Counted from the stretch's first letter, positions 38,946 through 49,792 are shown. The stretch: DNA of 64,000 bases from Candidatus Dojkabacteria bacterium (GCA_035271645.1 DATERJ010000012.1:93551-157550), one strand, 5' to 3'. The notes: generated by a model not told the origin, from the sequence alone. A program made the numbers and translations.

Positions 38946-39149
38946 GATACAGGAAATTGGTCCTATACCAAGGCTTGGTACCAATCTGATAGGATTTAAA
39001 TGTGCTAGTAATTTATGCTAAGCATAATAAAAAGATATGTCAATGATTAAATACTAAAGGTTTGTTTCATAGGGAATGCCAAAGTGTAGGATTCTTTGTT
39101 AGTACTTGTGGAGTGGTTGTTTTTAGATGTGTGCTATAACATACTAAAA

Positions 39150-39199
39150 AGAGAGTACACATTTGATAAAATATTATCAATTGGTCGCGTGTACTCTCT
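39150..39199 (-). terminator. Long hairpin + U tract
   Basis: AGAGAGTACAC...GTGTACTCTCT. Confidence 0.6.
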
Positions 39200-39206
39200 C
39201 TAGCAC

Positions 39207-39845
39207 TTAATCAATCATTCTGAGAAGAATGAACAACCTCTCAGAAGAATGTGGGTTTGAAGGTTCTATGCAAGTTACCAAGACAAAGTCATTGGTTTGT
39301 AATATTGGGAATAGGTCAAATGATGAGACACTTCTGTTTGTATGACTAGCAACGACTGCATCTACTACTTGTAGACATTTTGTGTTAGTAATACAAATCA
39401 GTGCATCTTGAAGAGAATCTTTGAGATATAATTGTCGGAGGACTTCTCCAAATTCCATATCCCATGGGAGATTTGTAAATCTACCTGAATGGGTATGTAA
39501 GATTTGATGATCCTGAACAATTTTCCAATGACTCTCTTGATACCTAAACAATTCTGTTATCTCCTCATAGTCACATTCATCAGAACATGTTAAGATTTCA
39601 AGATCTTTTAACATATCTTCTCCATTTAGAGTTACTTCATATATTCCTTCTTCTAGTATCTCTAATGTAGGGATAGGAGTTGGAGATGGTGTAACTGTTG
39701 GAGTAGGCTCTATAGTTAGAGTCGGAATGTTTGTACTTGTAGGGATAACAGTTGGAATGTACACTTCAATAGTGGGAGTAGGCTCCTCTATCGTAGGTGC
39801 ATATCCAGCAGTTGTTTTTACTGCTGCCATGGATAGTGATAGCAA
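39207..39845 (-). CDS. Divergent sortase-like protein with Pro/Thr stalk (start uncertain)
   Basis: ILHTHSG, VLVTC, ERLFI = His/Cys/Arg order of sortases. Confidence 0.6.
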   Translation of the reverse strand: MLSLSMAAVKTTAGYAPTIEEPTPTIEVYIPTVIPTSTNIPTLTIEPTPTVTPSPTPIPTLEILEEGIYEVTLNGEDMLKDLEILTCSDECDYEEITELFRYQESHWKIVQDHQILHTHSGRFTNLPWDMEFGEVLRQLYLKDSLQDALICITNTKCLQVVDAVVASHTNRSVSSFDLFPILQTNDFVLVTCIEPSNPHSSERLFILLRMID

Positions 39846-39870
39846 TATTGCTATCAGTATGAAAAACCGT

Positions 39871-40707
39871 TTACCTAATTTTCTTCCGAAAAAACATTAA
39901 AACGAATATTCCTCCAAGTATAAGCGCACCAATTCCTATGTCCTTATAAAAGACATTAGGATTACCACTACCTCCCGAGGGGGGGATAATGATATCAGGA
40001 GTTGGTGTCATTGGAGGATCTGTAGGTTCCTCCGTAGGCACTTCAGTTGGCTCCTGTGTTGGAGCATTCGTTGGCGTTGCCGTCGGAGATTCCGTAGGCG
40101 TCGCTGTCGGAGATTCCGTAGGCGTCGCTGTTGGAGATTCCGTAGGTGTTGCCGTCGGAGATTCTGTAGGTGTTGCCGTTGGAGGTTCCGTAGGCGTCGC
40201 TGTCGGAGGTTCCGTAGGTGTTGCCGTTGGAGATTCTGTAGGTGTTGCTGTTGGAGATTCTGTAGGCGTCGCTGTTGGAGATTCCGTAGGTGTTGCTGTT
40301 GGAGCTTCCGTAGGCGTCGCTGTCGGACATATTTCTAAATAACTCACATGACTTAGGTCATGTCGGCACGGAGACAAAACAAAATGATATGGCATCTCCT
40401 CAGGTGGGTCTAGATATATCGGTCCTGGGCAGTCGTTACCAGCCTTCCAACAATATCCAGCAAGAAGACAACCATCTTGACTGGGATTGAACCAGTATTC
40501 ACAAGGTTCCGTTGGATTATCATCCTTAATCCAACCATTACCTTCAGGACATGTCTGTTGCCCTGGTTTAGTTGGAGTTGGGGATGAAATTGTATAGATA
40601 TTACCTAATTGCTCTTTTGCAGAGACATTTGTATCTGCAGATGTAAAGATGCTAAGAGAAAGTAGGATTACAAACAATACGATAGAAATTGAAATGAATT
40701 TTTTCAT
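39871..40707 (-). CDS. Secreted Cys-rich protein with PT-repeat stalk and C-terminal sorting-like signal
   Basis: Signal peptide, PTATPTES repeats, IPPSGG + TM + RKKIR. Confidence 0.75.
   Translation of the reverse strand: MKKFISISIVLFVILLSLSIFTSADTNVSAKEQLGNIYTISSPTPTKPGQQTCPEGNGWIKDDNPTEPCEYWFNPSQDGCLLAGYCWKAGNDCPGPIYLDPPEEMPYHFVLSPCRHDLSHVSYLEICPTATPTEAPTATPTESPTATPTESPTATPTESPTATPTEPPTATPTEPPTATPTESPTATPTESPTATPTESPTATPTESPTATPTNAPTQEPTEVPTEEPTDPPMTPTPDIIIPPSGGSGNPNVFYKDIGIGALILGGIFVLMFFRKKIR
40063..40326 (-). repeat. 11 x 24-bp coding tandem repeat (PTATPTE[S/P/A])
   Basis: Counted in translation. Confidence 0.9.
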
Positions 40708-40869
40708 TTAAACCTCTTCTTTCTTTTTTTATAGTTTCCTATTCTCAATATTCAACTTTTAAAGTGCTATATTAAAATCATAAAGCGATTAAATATTTAG
40801 CGACCAAGCTCGTATCTAATCAGATTTCAACATCATATTATATCACAAAAGTGGACAGAACACAGCACA

Positions 40870-42048
40870 CTATGGGGTGATAGTGTATCTAATTTTTGTT
40901 TCAAGAATCTTTAGGACTTTTTGATCAACATTTATCTCTTTTGTCTTAACTGCATCTAAAAGTGATTGATATGCTACTCTTTGTGAATATCTATCATCAT
41001 TAGAATATTGAATATACATTAACATATCCATACCGCTTTCTATCGATTGCCTTGCTAGATTTGAAGGAGTGTTTAAGTTCTTTAATGCTCTCATCTCCAT
41101 ATCATCAGAGATTATGAGACCTTGGTATCCTAAATCATTGACTAATCTGTTTGTAATTATTTCTTTTGAGATAGAGGCTGGTAAAGAAGCGATATTAGGA
41201 AAGAGAATATGTCCAACCATAATACCATCAATATCTTCCTCTCTGATGACTTGACTAAAAGGTCTAATGTAGTTATCCCATTGTTTTTTAGTAATATTAA
41301 CACTAGGTAGTTTCTTATGTGGGTCCGTAGTTGTTTCCCCATGTCCAGGGAAGTGTTTAAGTACAGCTAGTACATTGGTATCCTTGTACCCTCTTACGGA
41401 AGAGATGGTTTTTTGTACAGTCTCTTCCATATCTCCTCTGTATGTTCTTTGGTACATAAAGGAGGTTGTTGAATTACTAAATTCAGCAACTGGTGCTAGG
41501 TTCATGTTAATGCCTAAACCTCTTAATATCTCTCCTCTACTCTTTGCAATCTGATATGCTTCTTCTGGGCTGGATATATTCCCTTGAGGTTTGGTTAAGG
41601 TTTCATTCCATTTTAATCTTGATACTACCCCACCCTCTTGATCTATGGAGATAAAAAGGGGAATGGTGGGGTTTGTAGATTGAATTTCAGCAATGAGGTT
41701 CTTTAACTGTTTTTCATTAGTGATGTTTTTAGAGAAGAGTATTACTCCTCCAGGTTTTGTATCTATGAGAAATTGTTTATTTTGTGGGTTTAGAGATTTA
41801 TTTCCTTCAATACCAAAGATGAATAATTGTCCTACTTTTTCTTCAGGTGTCATTTGAGATAGGAGTACTTCTTCATATGGTTTTGGAGGTTCTGATTCCT
41901 CTGTTTTGTCTATTATAATTTCTTCAACATTGGGCTGTTCTATTTCAATCACTACACTCTTCTTTTGATAGTGTTGATATATGCGAAGCGATATGAGCGA
42001 GATAATTGAAAGTATTAATAGAACAAGAAGTACTGTCTTTCGTCTCAT
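40870..42048 (-). CDS. GH3 beta-N-acetylhexosaminidase (NagZ-like), membrane-anchored
   Basis: DQEGG.VSR, KHFPGHG...DPH, ISDDMEM. Confidence 0.88.
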   Translation of the reverse strand: MRRKTVLLVLLILSIISLISLRIYQHYQKKSVVIEIEQPNVEEIIIDKTEESEPPKPYEEVLLSQMTPEEKVGQLFIFGIEGNKSLNPQNKQFLIDTKPGGVILFSKNITNEKQLKNLIAEIQSTNPTIPLFISIDQEGGVVSRLKWNETLTKPQGNISSPEEAYQIAKSRGEILRGLGINMNLAPVAEFSNSTTSFMYQRTYRGDMEETVQKTISSVRGYKDTNVLAVLKHFPGHGETTTDPHKKLPSVNITKKQWDNYIRPFSQVIREEDIDGIMVGHILFPNIASLPASISKEIITNRLVNDLGYQGLIISDDMEMRALKNLNTPSNLARQSIESGMDMLMYIQYSNDDRYSQRVAYQSLLDAVKTKEINVDQKVLKILETKIRYTITP

Positions 42049-42092
42049 GGCTAATTATATCATTACGGTTAAGATATATGGTATAATATGCT

Positions 42093-42797
42093 ATGGGTTG
42101 TGAAAACATTGAAAATCACAATTTAGGTAATGAGCCAAGAGATTTAGATGATATGAGAGGTGAATATGATGTAGCTATCATTGTTTTAAGTGGTCCTGAT
42201 GAAGATGAAAAGTTTAGGGAGTATGCAGCAACACTAGCTCATTTTGAAGCAGGGCTAATGGGTAAGAAAGCTGTTATCATTACTGCTGGTAGTCGTTCTC
42301 ATTTGATAAAAGACAGGCTTGTTAATGAAAGAGATATTCCTGAAGAGGATATAGTTGTTGAGAACCATTCCTATGATACTTCTAGCAATGCTATTTTTAC
42401 TAGTGAGATGTTAATGAGATTAGGATTTGAGGAGCAAGGGGATGTTCTGTTGATAACAAATGGATATCATTTACCTAGGTCAGAGATGTTGTTTAGAAGA
42501 TATTGGGGACCTAGTTTTAAGCCTATCAATGCTGAGAGGTTTCTTTATGAGAATCGTCCTGATAGTTATTCTTTACCAGGTGATACAGAGCCTTATCCAT
42601 ATGGTTTAGATGCAAAGAATCATGAGAATGAACCTAGAACCAGAATCCTTAAGTTTATAGATAGTGTTGTATTCAAAACTATTTATAAATATCCTGCAGG
42701 AGAGTTACTTATGAGAAGTTTAGCTAAAAATAGGTTGCAACAGAGAAAGAAATCACGTAGTCAAATTAATCAAGAAAACCTTCACTTTTCTTCTTAA
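42093..42797 (+). CDS. DUF218/YdcF (ElyC/SanA) family protein
   Basis: ENHSYDTSSNA, LLITNGYHLPRS. Confidence 0.8.
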   Translation: MGCENIENHNLGNEPRDLDDMRGEYDVAIIVLSGPDEDEKFREYAATLAHFEAGLMGKKAVIITAGSRSHLIKDRLVNERDIPEEDIVVENHSYDTSSNAIFTSEMLMRLGFEEQGDVLLITNGYHLPRSEMLFRRYWGPSFKPINAERFLYENRPDSYSLPGDTEPYPYGLDAKNHENEPRTRILKFIDSVVFKTIYKYPAGELLMRSLAKNRLQQRKKSRSQINQENLHFSS

Positions 42798-43886
42798 ATC
42801 CTCTTCACAATTCTTTTTAATTTCATCAAATGTTTGATTTGGAGAAGCTACTTCATATATATCTTGTATTAGATATTCTTTCTTTAACTTACCATCATCT
42901 AATTCATTCCTACCAGCAAAGATAACTAAAGGTATATTTCTTTTAACAGTTCTTTTTGCAATACCACTAATTGTTTTACCCATCATAGATTGTTTATCAA
43001 ACTTCCCCTCCCCTGTTATCACTAAATCAGCATTTTTTAGGGCATTATCAAAATCACAGATATCCAAGATTAGGTCTATACCATGTACAATTTCTGCATT
43101 AAGAAAGAATGAACATGATGCACCTATACCACCAGCAGCACCTCCTCCTTCTATTGTTGATAAATCAACACCAAATTGTTCTTTTACAATTTTTGAGAAG
43201 TGTTGTAGTCCTTCATCAAGAAGTACAACTTCACTATCACTTGCACCTTTTTGTTTGGCATATATGTATGCTGCACCGTTCTTTCCATAGAGGGGATTAA
43301 GGACATCACAGAGGAGAGTAAATTCAACATCTTTTATTCTTTCATCTAGTAAGGTTTTATCAATCCTTACAATATCTTTTAATGTAGATCCTACTGGTAT
43401 GAATTCTTTGTTCTCTTTATCTAAAAACTTAACACCTAAAGCTGATAATAGACCTGTACCTGCATCATTTGTAGCACTTCCACCTAATGCAATGTATATT
43501 TTCTTTACACCTGAAGATATTGCATGGTCAATCTGTTCTCCCATACCTAAGCTAGTTGTATACATTGGGTTTTTAGACTTTGCAAAGAGTAATCCTGCAC
43601 ATTGTCCTGCTTCTATAACCGCAGAGTTATTAAACTTTACATATTTAAAATTTTTCTTAGTAAAATTTGGGGAGGTAAAGGTATCTTCTACATACTCTCC
43701 ATTGAGGTTTTCATGGAAGGTATCTATTGTCCCTTCTCCTCCATCTGCTACTGAGAATCGAATAGTTTCTATATTAGGTATCCCTTTCTCTATCTCTTCC
43801 TGAATAATCCTACCTGCTGTAAGGGAGGTCATTGTTCCTTTGAATGAGTCAGGAGCTATTACAATCTTTATCCTTTTCTTTTCCAT
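42753..43886 (-). CDS. glxK: Glycerate kinase
   Basis: APDSFKG, ADGGEGT, GGSATND.G, ITGEG.FD.QS..GK. Confidence 0.92.
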   Translation of the reverse strand: MEKKRIKIVIAPDSFKGTMTSLTAGRIIQEEIEKGIPNIETIRFSVADGGEGTIDTFHENLNGEYVEDTFTSPNFTKKNFKYVKFNNSAVIEAGQCAGLLFAKSKNPMYTTSLGMGEQIDHAISSGVKKIYIALGGSATNDAGTGLLSALGVKFLDKENKEFIPVGSTLKDIVRIDKTLLDERIKDVEFTLLCDVLNPLYGKNGAAYIYAKQKGASDSEVVLLDEGLQHFSKIVKEQFGVDLSTIEGGGAAGGIGASCSFFLNAEIVHGIDLILDICDFDNALKNADLVITGEGKFDKQSMMGKTISGIAKRTVKRNIPLVIFAGRNELDDGKLKKEYLIQDIYEVASPNQTFDEIKKNCEEDLRRKVKVFLINLTT

Positions 43887-45103
43887 AGTTCTCTTTCAAA
43901 TACATTTTGTCCTAAATTTTTTGATTTTTTAGACCAATATCTAGGTAGTTGTTTGTAATCAAATGCATTGATTTTATCAATATATTGATTTACTAAATCT
44001 TCTTCTTTTTGGCTACATCTTTTTGAGAATTCTACTAGTTCTGTATATGTGGCGTTTTGTGAGGCGAGTTTTCTGTCTTCTTCTATGAATTCTTTTTCTA
44101 GTGTTCTTGCTTTTTGCATCCATTCACCTATATCTATGTTGTTTGTATATATTAATCTGTTTAGTTTTTCTCTTTTTAACCAGTATTGGAGACTTTCTTG
44201 CTCGTTTGTAAAGCATGGTGGTACTACAAAGTCTCCTGTGGGGTTGAAGTAGAGAGGTTTGAAGATTGAGAGACATGGTGTTGAACTTCCTGTTATCCAT
44301 ACTGTTATACTTTTGTCATTTACGATTGATACCATACTACCTGTTGAGTGGTCTGTTAGTATTCCTGCATGCATACATATGCTAGTAGATGTTCCATTTT
44401 TGATTGCTTTTTCTTGTGTGGTTGTATGTAGTCTTAGAATATTGAAGTATTGTTCTAAGTTATGTTCTTCTATCTTCTTTATATTCTCTGTACCCATATC
44501 CATTCTACTTTTAGATCCTGAGAAGAATGTTACTATTGGTTCTGTGTGTTTTTGTGCGAAGTTATCTAATGATAGTCTGTTAGAGATGTTTGCACATTGT
44601 TCTACTTTTTTGAGTTGGTATTCTTTTCCTGCTGTTTCTAGTATGTATGCTTCTTCTTTGTCTGCAATTATATATGAGTTGTCATAGTAGAATTCATTAT
44701 CAAAGCCACAGTTTCCACCTTGTCCGTATTCTAGTAGTAGTCTAATTATTTCTTCTGATGCTTGTTTAGCTGTTTTAGTTCTTTCAAGAGCTAGTCTTAT
44801 GAAGTCCATACCTATTAGGGATGGTGTTTTTTTGTTTTTAGATTTTGTAAATACTGCTTCATTCCCTATACTTACTCCATATTCGTTTATTCCCATTTCG
44901 GCTCCCCATATCCATGATGGTTTTACAAGTAATACAGCACAGTGTTCTTTGGGATCAGGTATGGATATGTATGTACATTGTACTTCTCCTCTAGCATTAC
45001 CTGATGGAAAGAAGAGTACTAGATTGGGTTCATTTACAGATCTATCACTGTTTTTAAGGAGTACAGAGTATTGGTTTTGTTTCGTCCATAGTGTATCACA
45101 CAT
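43868..45103 (-). CDS. Peptidase C69/secernin-like Ntn hydrolase
   Basis: N-terminal MCDT, KNSDR..NEP, WGAEMGINE, GMDFIRLALER. Confidence 0.88.
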   Translation of the reverse strand: MCDTLWTKQNQYSVLLKNSDRSVNEPNLVLFFPSGNARGEVQCTYISIPDPKEHCAVLLVKPSWIWGAEMGINEYGVSIGNEAVFTKSKNKKTPSLIGMDFIRLALERTKTAKQASEEIIRLLLEYGQGGNCGFDNEFYYDNSYIIADKEEAYILETAGKEYQLKKVEQCANISNRLSLDNFAQKHTEPIVTFFSGSKSRMDMGTENIKKIEEHNLEQYFNILRLHTTTQEKAIKNGTSTSICMHAGILTDHSTGSMVSIVNDKSITVWITGSSTPCLSIFKPLYFNPTGDFVVPPCFTNEQESLQYWLKREKLNRLIYTNNIDIGEWMQKARTLEKEFIEEDRKLASQNATYTELVEFSKRCSQKEEDLVNQYIDKINAFDYKQLPRYWSKKSKNLGQNVFERELWKRKG

Positions 45104-45210
45104 ATGTTATTTAAAGATATCATATGGGGGTGGAGGGTGTAAATGATAAAAAGACATTTCTAAAAATATTTGTTAAAATCATGTTGATTTAATTGTTAAG
45201 AAATGTGTTA

Positions 45211-46134
45211 ATGATAGATTTCTCAAAAACACTTCAGTCTTTTTTAAAACAAGCTAATACTTCAGATTTGAAGACTAGTTTGTATCCTAAAGTTTACAAT
45301 GACTTAACAGTAAAAGTCTCTTTTGGACAAGGATCTTCGGCTAGAATTCCTTGGATTGCTTTTCTTACTGATGGAATCCAGGTTAGCAATGGTTTTTATC
45401 CTGTTTATCTCTATTACAAAGAATACAATACACTTATTCTTTCTTATGGTATAAGCGAAACTAATGAATTTAGTTCTACATGGCCACCTGAAGTAATTGG
45501 ACTAGCTCCAACGATTTTTGATTTTTTTAGTCATAAAGTAGCTCGATATGGAAGTTCATATGTTTACAAAGCGTATAATGTTGAAATTACTAATAACGAG
45601 GTTTTCTTGTTAGATACACATGATGGAAAGAAAAAAAATAGTGATGAGATAAATAATGATTTGCTAACTATTTTAAATAAATATAAAAAAGTGTTTGATG
45701 AGGGTGAGCATACTGAAACAGTAGAAAATATAGGTATAGGACTCTTTTACATGGAAAAACAACTCGAGGACTTCCTTATTCAGAATTGGGATAATACAGA
45801 GTTTGGAGAGAAATATGAATTGATCATAGAGGAAGGTGAGATTGTTAGTCAACAATACAGAACAGATGTCGGGCCAATAGATATACTTGCTAAAGATAAG
45901 GTTAACGGTAATTATGTAGTAATAGAATTGAAAAAAGATCAAACCAATGATAACACCATTGGGCAACTAACTCGATATATGGGTTGGGTAAAAGAAAAAT
46001 TAGGGGATAACAATGTTAAAGGTATTATTATCTCAGGAGGATATAATAAGCAACTAGATTATTCTGCAAAGATGGTACCTAATGTTGAGGTATATTCTTA
46101 TAAAATAGATTTTAGAGTTAAGAAGGAGAATTAA
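45211..46134 (+). CDS. McrB N-terminal (DUF3578-like) domain fused to NucS-type PD-(D/E)XK endonuclease
   Basis: VSFGQG..IPW.AFL..SNG.YPV.LYYK..YGISET (McrB-N-like); QY.T.VGPIDILA..VIELK. Confidence 0.8.
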   Translation: MIDFSKTLQSFLKQANTSDLKTSLYPKVYNDLTVKVSFGQGSSARIPWIAFLTDGIQVSNGFYPVYLYYKEYNTLILSYGISETNEFSSTWPPEVIGLAPTIFDFFSHKVARYGSSYVYKAYNVEITNNEVFLLDTHDGKKKNSDEINNDLLTILNKYKKVFDEGEHTETVENIGIGLFYMEKQLEDFLIQNWDNTEFGEKYELIIEEGEIVSQQYRTDVGPIDILAKDKVNGNYVVIELKKDQTNDNTIGQLTRYMGWVKEKLGDNNVKGIIISGGYNKQLDYSAKMVPNVEVYSYKIDFRVKKEN

Positions 46135-46148
46135 TTCTTCAAACTCCC

Positions 46149-47585
46149 CTACTGCAACCTCTCAAATTTACCATCTTCTAATTGTCTATAATATCCTGAT
46201 CCCTCTGGTCCATATAGACTCCATGAGTTAATAGGAACTTGATATGCTTGACCTGTACTTGGTGAAGATAATGTCTCATATCCTCTCATACCCTCTACCC
46301 ATTTCTCACTAGATTCAGTTATTAAACCTTTATGATAAGCACTACTTTGAACAGTAATAGAAGCTCTTGTATTCTCAGTAGGTTCAACTATTGGTAGTAA
46401 TGTATTCTTCCTTATCATACTACTATCAACAAAATCAAAACTATCTTGCATCTTCTGTAAGGTATCTTTTACATTATCCCAATTCTCAGCTAATGTCATC
46501 TGTCCAAATCCATAAGCTGATGCATATTTAGTCTCACCTGCAGAGTATGGAGGCTGATATATTCCTACAGTTATTTTACCTAGAATAGGTATACCTTGCA
46601 TCTTAGCACTAAGGTTAAACTCCTGTACACTATACCCTAATACCTGAGAAGGTAATACTGTTTCATCTGTTAATGTAAGATCTGTTATTTCCTTAACCTC
46701 TGCGAACGTCTCTTCTACCCAAAATTTAGGTGTATAGTCACCTTTTAATTCTGTTGTGTACATGTAGCTAAGTAATGTTCTTTGATCAGGTCCTACTAAT
46801 TGAATAAAACCTTCTTTCTCTTCTGAGATGGTGTAACCGGTAGCCTTATCTAACTGGAAGTATTTTCCTTTGTATTTCTTAAAACCTTCTGGAGTCTCTT
46901 CCTTTACTTCTTCTTTGGGTTTTGCTGTTAAAATTTCATCTGTAAGTACTTTTGTTCTTGCAAAACACCCAGTAATTTCCTTTAAGAAACCTTCTCTCTC
47001 TTCAAATATCTCTGCAGGTGCCCAATATGCTTTAAATGTAACAAAATCTTTTGTTTTAGAAATATGCATCTTCCCCTTAATATCATATTCGTTGATTTGA
47101 GCTATGACATCTGCATAAATCTCGTCCTCTAACTCTTCTATCTCTTGAATCTCCTGCATCTCAAATGTCCCACCTCCTTCTTCAGTAGTTTCTTTTAAGA
47201 TTTTAGAGAATGTATTTAGGAAATCCTCTTTTGTTAATTCTGGCTGTAATTTAGCAGTATATATGAGTACTGCAGTAGTATTTGTCTCATCTTCCATTAT
47301 TGAGACAGTACCGCTTTCAACCGCATAATACCATCCATTTGGAACACCAATACTAAAGGCGTTCTCAGGATACTCTATCCTCTTCAACGAACAACTAGGG
47401 TTGTCGTTTTCTACAGTCTCAGCATAATACTCATCCCTACCAATACCTAAGTCCTTTAGAATTGTTTCTAAAGATCCTGTTAGGTAGAGAGCACCTAAGA
47501 GTGCAACTACGAGGATTATTATGATTGAAATAATTATAGATTTCTTGTGTTTTGTAAAGAAATCTGTAGACTGGGCTTCTTTCAT
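46149..47585 (-). CDS. Membrane-anchored extracellular hypothetical protein
   Basis: N-terminal TM, FSIGVPNGW. Confidence 0.6.
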   Translation of the reverse strand: MKEAQSTDFFTKHKKSIIISIIIILVVALLGALYLTGSLETILKDLGIGRDEYYAETVENDNPSCSLKRIEYPENAFSIGVPNGWYYAVESGTVSIMEDETNTTAVLIYTAKLQPELTKEDFLNTFSKILKETTEEGGGTFEMQEIQEIEELEDEIYADVIAQINEYDIKGKMHISKTKDFVTFKAYWAPAEIFEEREGFLKEITGCFARTKVLTDEILTAKPKEEVKEETPEGFKKYKGKYFQLDKATGYTISEEKEGFIQLVGPDQRTLLSYMYTTELKGDYTPKFWVEETFAEVKEITDLTLTDETVLPSQVLGYSVQEFNLSAKMQGIPILGKITVGIYQPPYSAGETKYASAYGFGQMTLAENWDNVKDTLQKMQDSFDFVDSSMIRKNTLLPIVEPTENTRASITVQSSAYHKGLITESSEKWVEGMRGYETLSSPSTGQAYQVPINSWSLYGPEGSGYYRQLEDGKFERLQ

Positions 47586-47694
47586 ATTATTTAAATATAA
47601 AAAATTAAGTCCTTAGATAAATAATAGCAGATATGTGAGTGGTGTCAAATAGATTGCATAGGTTACAAATATATGAATTCTAAAGCCATACAGT

Positions 47695-49347
47695 TTATCC
47701 CTTAGCCACTAAAACAAATCTTTCTATTGTATCTCTACTCATATTCAATGATTTGGGAAGTTGTTCCTCTATTCTATCAACCCACCTACCTTCTAGAAGA
47801 TGTATGTTCTTAATTTCACTTACACTCTCCCCAACACTCATATACAGTTCATCTAAAGTATCCTTACCCTCTTTAGCAGAATGTAAGATTGTATCTTGCA
47901 TAGACTTGCTAACAGAATACTTACCAAAATCTCCAACAAATATATTTGAAAAATATTCTTTTAGGTATGAGGTAGTTATAGAGGTAGTAGGAAATATACC
48001 ATCTTTATTTCTTATCCCATTCAATACCACTTTAGGTTTAACAACCCTATCAAACCCTGCAGAGAGTCTAAGATAATCCAAAGTATTACTATCAGCACCT
48101 GTTGTTTTTAAATATTCCAACACCTCATCAACCTTGCTCTCAAATGAAAGTAGTTCACCTAAGTTACTGTTGCTATCTCTCACTTGTGAGTACTTAAAAA
48201 TATCACTAATCTTTTTAATAATATTATTAGGAATATTACTGTCTCCTACAATCTCTACTATATCATCATCTGATAGGATCCTATCAACATCTTCAGTTGT
48301 ATACTCCTTCTTAACCTCATACTCTAGATTGTAATCATTCTTAAGAAGATACTTTATCTCATTGTACAAAACTACTCCTAATATCGGTTCATCTTTAGTA
48401 AATTCTCCAATCCACATTCTAAGATTTCGCCCTATCCTGTTCTGCTCTTTTGTACTTTTTGTACCCATTCTCTCTTTAAGAGCATTAGCCATCTCTCTAG
48501 CTATCTCTGTATGTACTAACTTCTCAGGCTCATATTGGCCTGGAAAAGTAATGACTTCATTGGTTGATAGTACAAATTTGTATTGTAATGGCTTCTTATC
48601 TCCATCACGACTTTTTTGTTCCACTTCTATTTTGTAGAATGAGGAAGTTAATGATTTATCCTCAAGAAGTAATTTTAAAGCCAGAACACTATCAAATCCA
48701 TGTTTTTCAACAGAATGACCATCGTATGATATTCTTTCTGGATTATCTAAATATATCTGGAAGTACTCTTGTATCTTTGACATATCACCTTTCACATTGG
48801 ATAGGTTAAAACCATACTCTAATTTATTAGAACGGTATACTGGTATTTCTAATCCATTCTTGTCTAAGACAGCAGTACCATCTTCATATCTATATATCTT
48901 CTTCCTTTTTCCATTTGGTCCATTCTCATATTGTAAATATCTAGCTTCTTCCTCATTACTATTTATATGCGAAAGGTCTGGTTTGAGTATTCCGTATGAT
49001 AAATCTCTTCTTCTTACAAATATCATATCTCCATTAAATTTTATACCTTTTGTATGTCTTAAGTATTCTTCTGTAACGATAGTAATACCTTTAGATCTGT
49101 ATACATGAGTATTTACAAAAGCATTACTAACCTCATTACTATCTATACCTTCAATTCTGTTAATATCTAAATTCTTAGTTTCGTATGTCTGAACTCCAAT
49201 TACTAAAGGAAAAGGAAGGTTCTCCTTTATCAGTCGATTGAACTGATCAACTTCTACAGAATTAGAACCAGGTGTTATTAATGATACTGGGGTTGTATCT
49301 AGTTCTGTTTCTTCAGTTTGTAATGTTGGATCATCATCTATACCCAT
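47695..49347 (-). CDS. Hypothetical cytoplasmic protein
   Basis: 550-aa ORF, no recognised motif. Confidence 0.6.
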   Translation of the reverse strand: MGIDDDPTLQTEETELDTTPVSLITPGSNSVEVDQFNRLIKENLPFPLVIGVQTYETKNLDINRIEGIDSNEVSNAFVNTHVYRSKGITIVTEEYLRHTKGIKFNGDMIFVRRRDLSYGILKPDLSHINSNEEEARYLQYENGPNGKRKKIYRYEDGTAVLDKNGLEIPVYRSNKLEYGFNLSNVKGDMSKIQEYFQIYLDNPERISYDGHSVEKHGFDSVLALKLLLEDKSLTSSFYKIEVEQKSRDGDKKPLQYKFVLSTNEVITFPGQYEPEKLVHTEIAREMANALKERMGTKSTKEQNRIGRNLRMWIGEFTKDEPILGVVLYNEIKYLLKNDYNLEYEVKKEYTTEDVDRILSDDDIVEIVGDSNIPNNIIKKISDIFKYSQVRDSNSNLGELLSFESKVDEVLEYLKTTGADSNTLDYLRLSAGFDRVVKPKVVLNGIRNKDGIFPTTSITTSYLKEYFSNIFVGDFGKYSVSKSMQDTILHSAKEGKDTLDELYMSVGESVSEIKNIHLLEGRWVDRIEEQLPKSLNMSRDTIERFVLVAKG

Positions 49348-49792
49348 ATTTCATATTAACAAAATTAGATGGATATTAGTAGGTAGAAATGATATAATGC
49401 TATGGGTTGAGATCGTTGAAAATGGAGGTGTAGTATTACAAAAAAGATAGTTATTTGGATTGTTGGGAATCAGTACATTGGGGCAAAAGATACATCTGGG
49501 TTAATTTATATTAATTTAACTCAAAATGATTTAATAATTCCCCAATCTGGACATATTGCATATGTTCTTGAAAAGAAGATCATCGGACTTCCTCCGAGGG
49601 TGGATAATGTTCGTTTTGTTGTAGATAACTTTGTTCTTCTTATGTCAGGAAGAAAAGATTTGGTATCTATTGATACTGTAGAACAATTACTATCAAACTC
49701 AACCTAATTGGTAGGTATCTTATATTTTTAACAAGAAGATGCCTACCTTTTCTTTATTCCACCTAGATAGCATATTGATTTACAAAAAAAAG

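Noticed and set aside
40063-40326. Regular 24-bp repeats as a CRISPR array
   Set aside because: No unique spacers; in-frame Pro/Thr coding repeat. The ORFs 39989-40342 and 40043-40330 are shadows of it.
42092-42101. CTATGGGTTG as another cassette promoter
   Set aside because: Here it overlaps the ATG of a + strand gene; a minus-strand TATAAT lies ~32 bp away before the NagZ-like gene but there is no boxA or SD, so it was not counted
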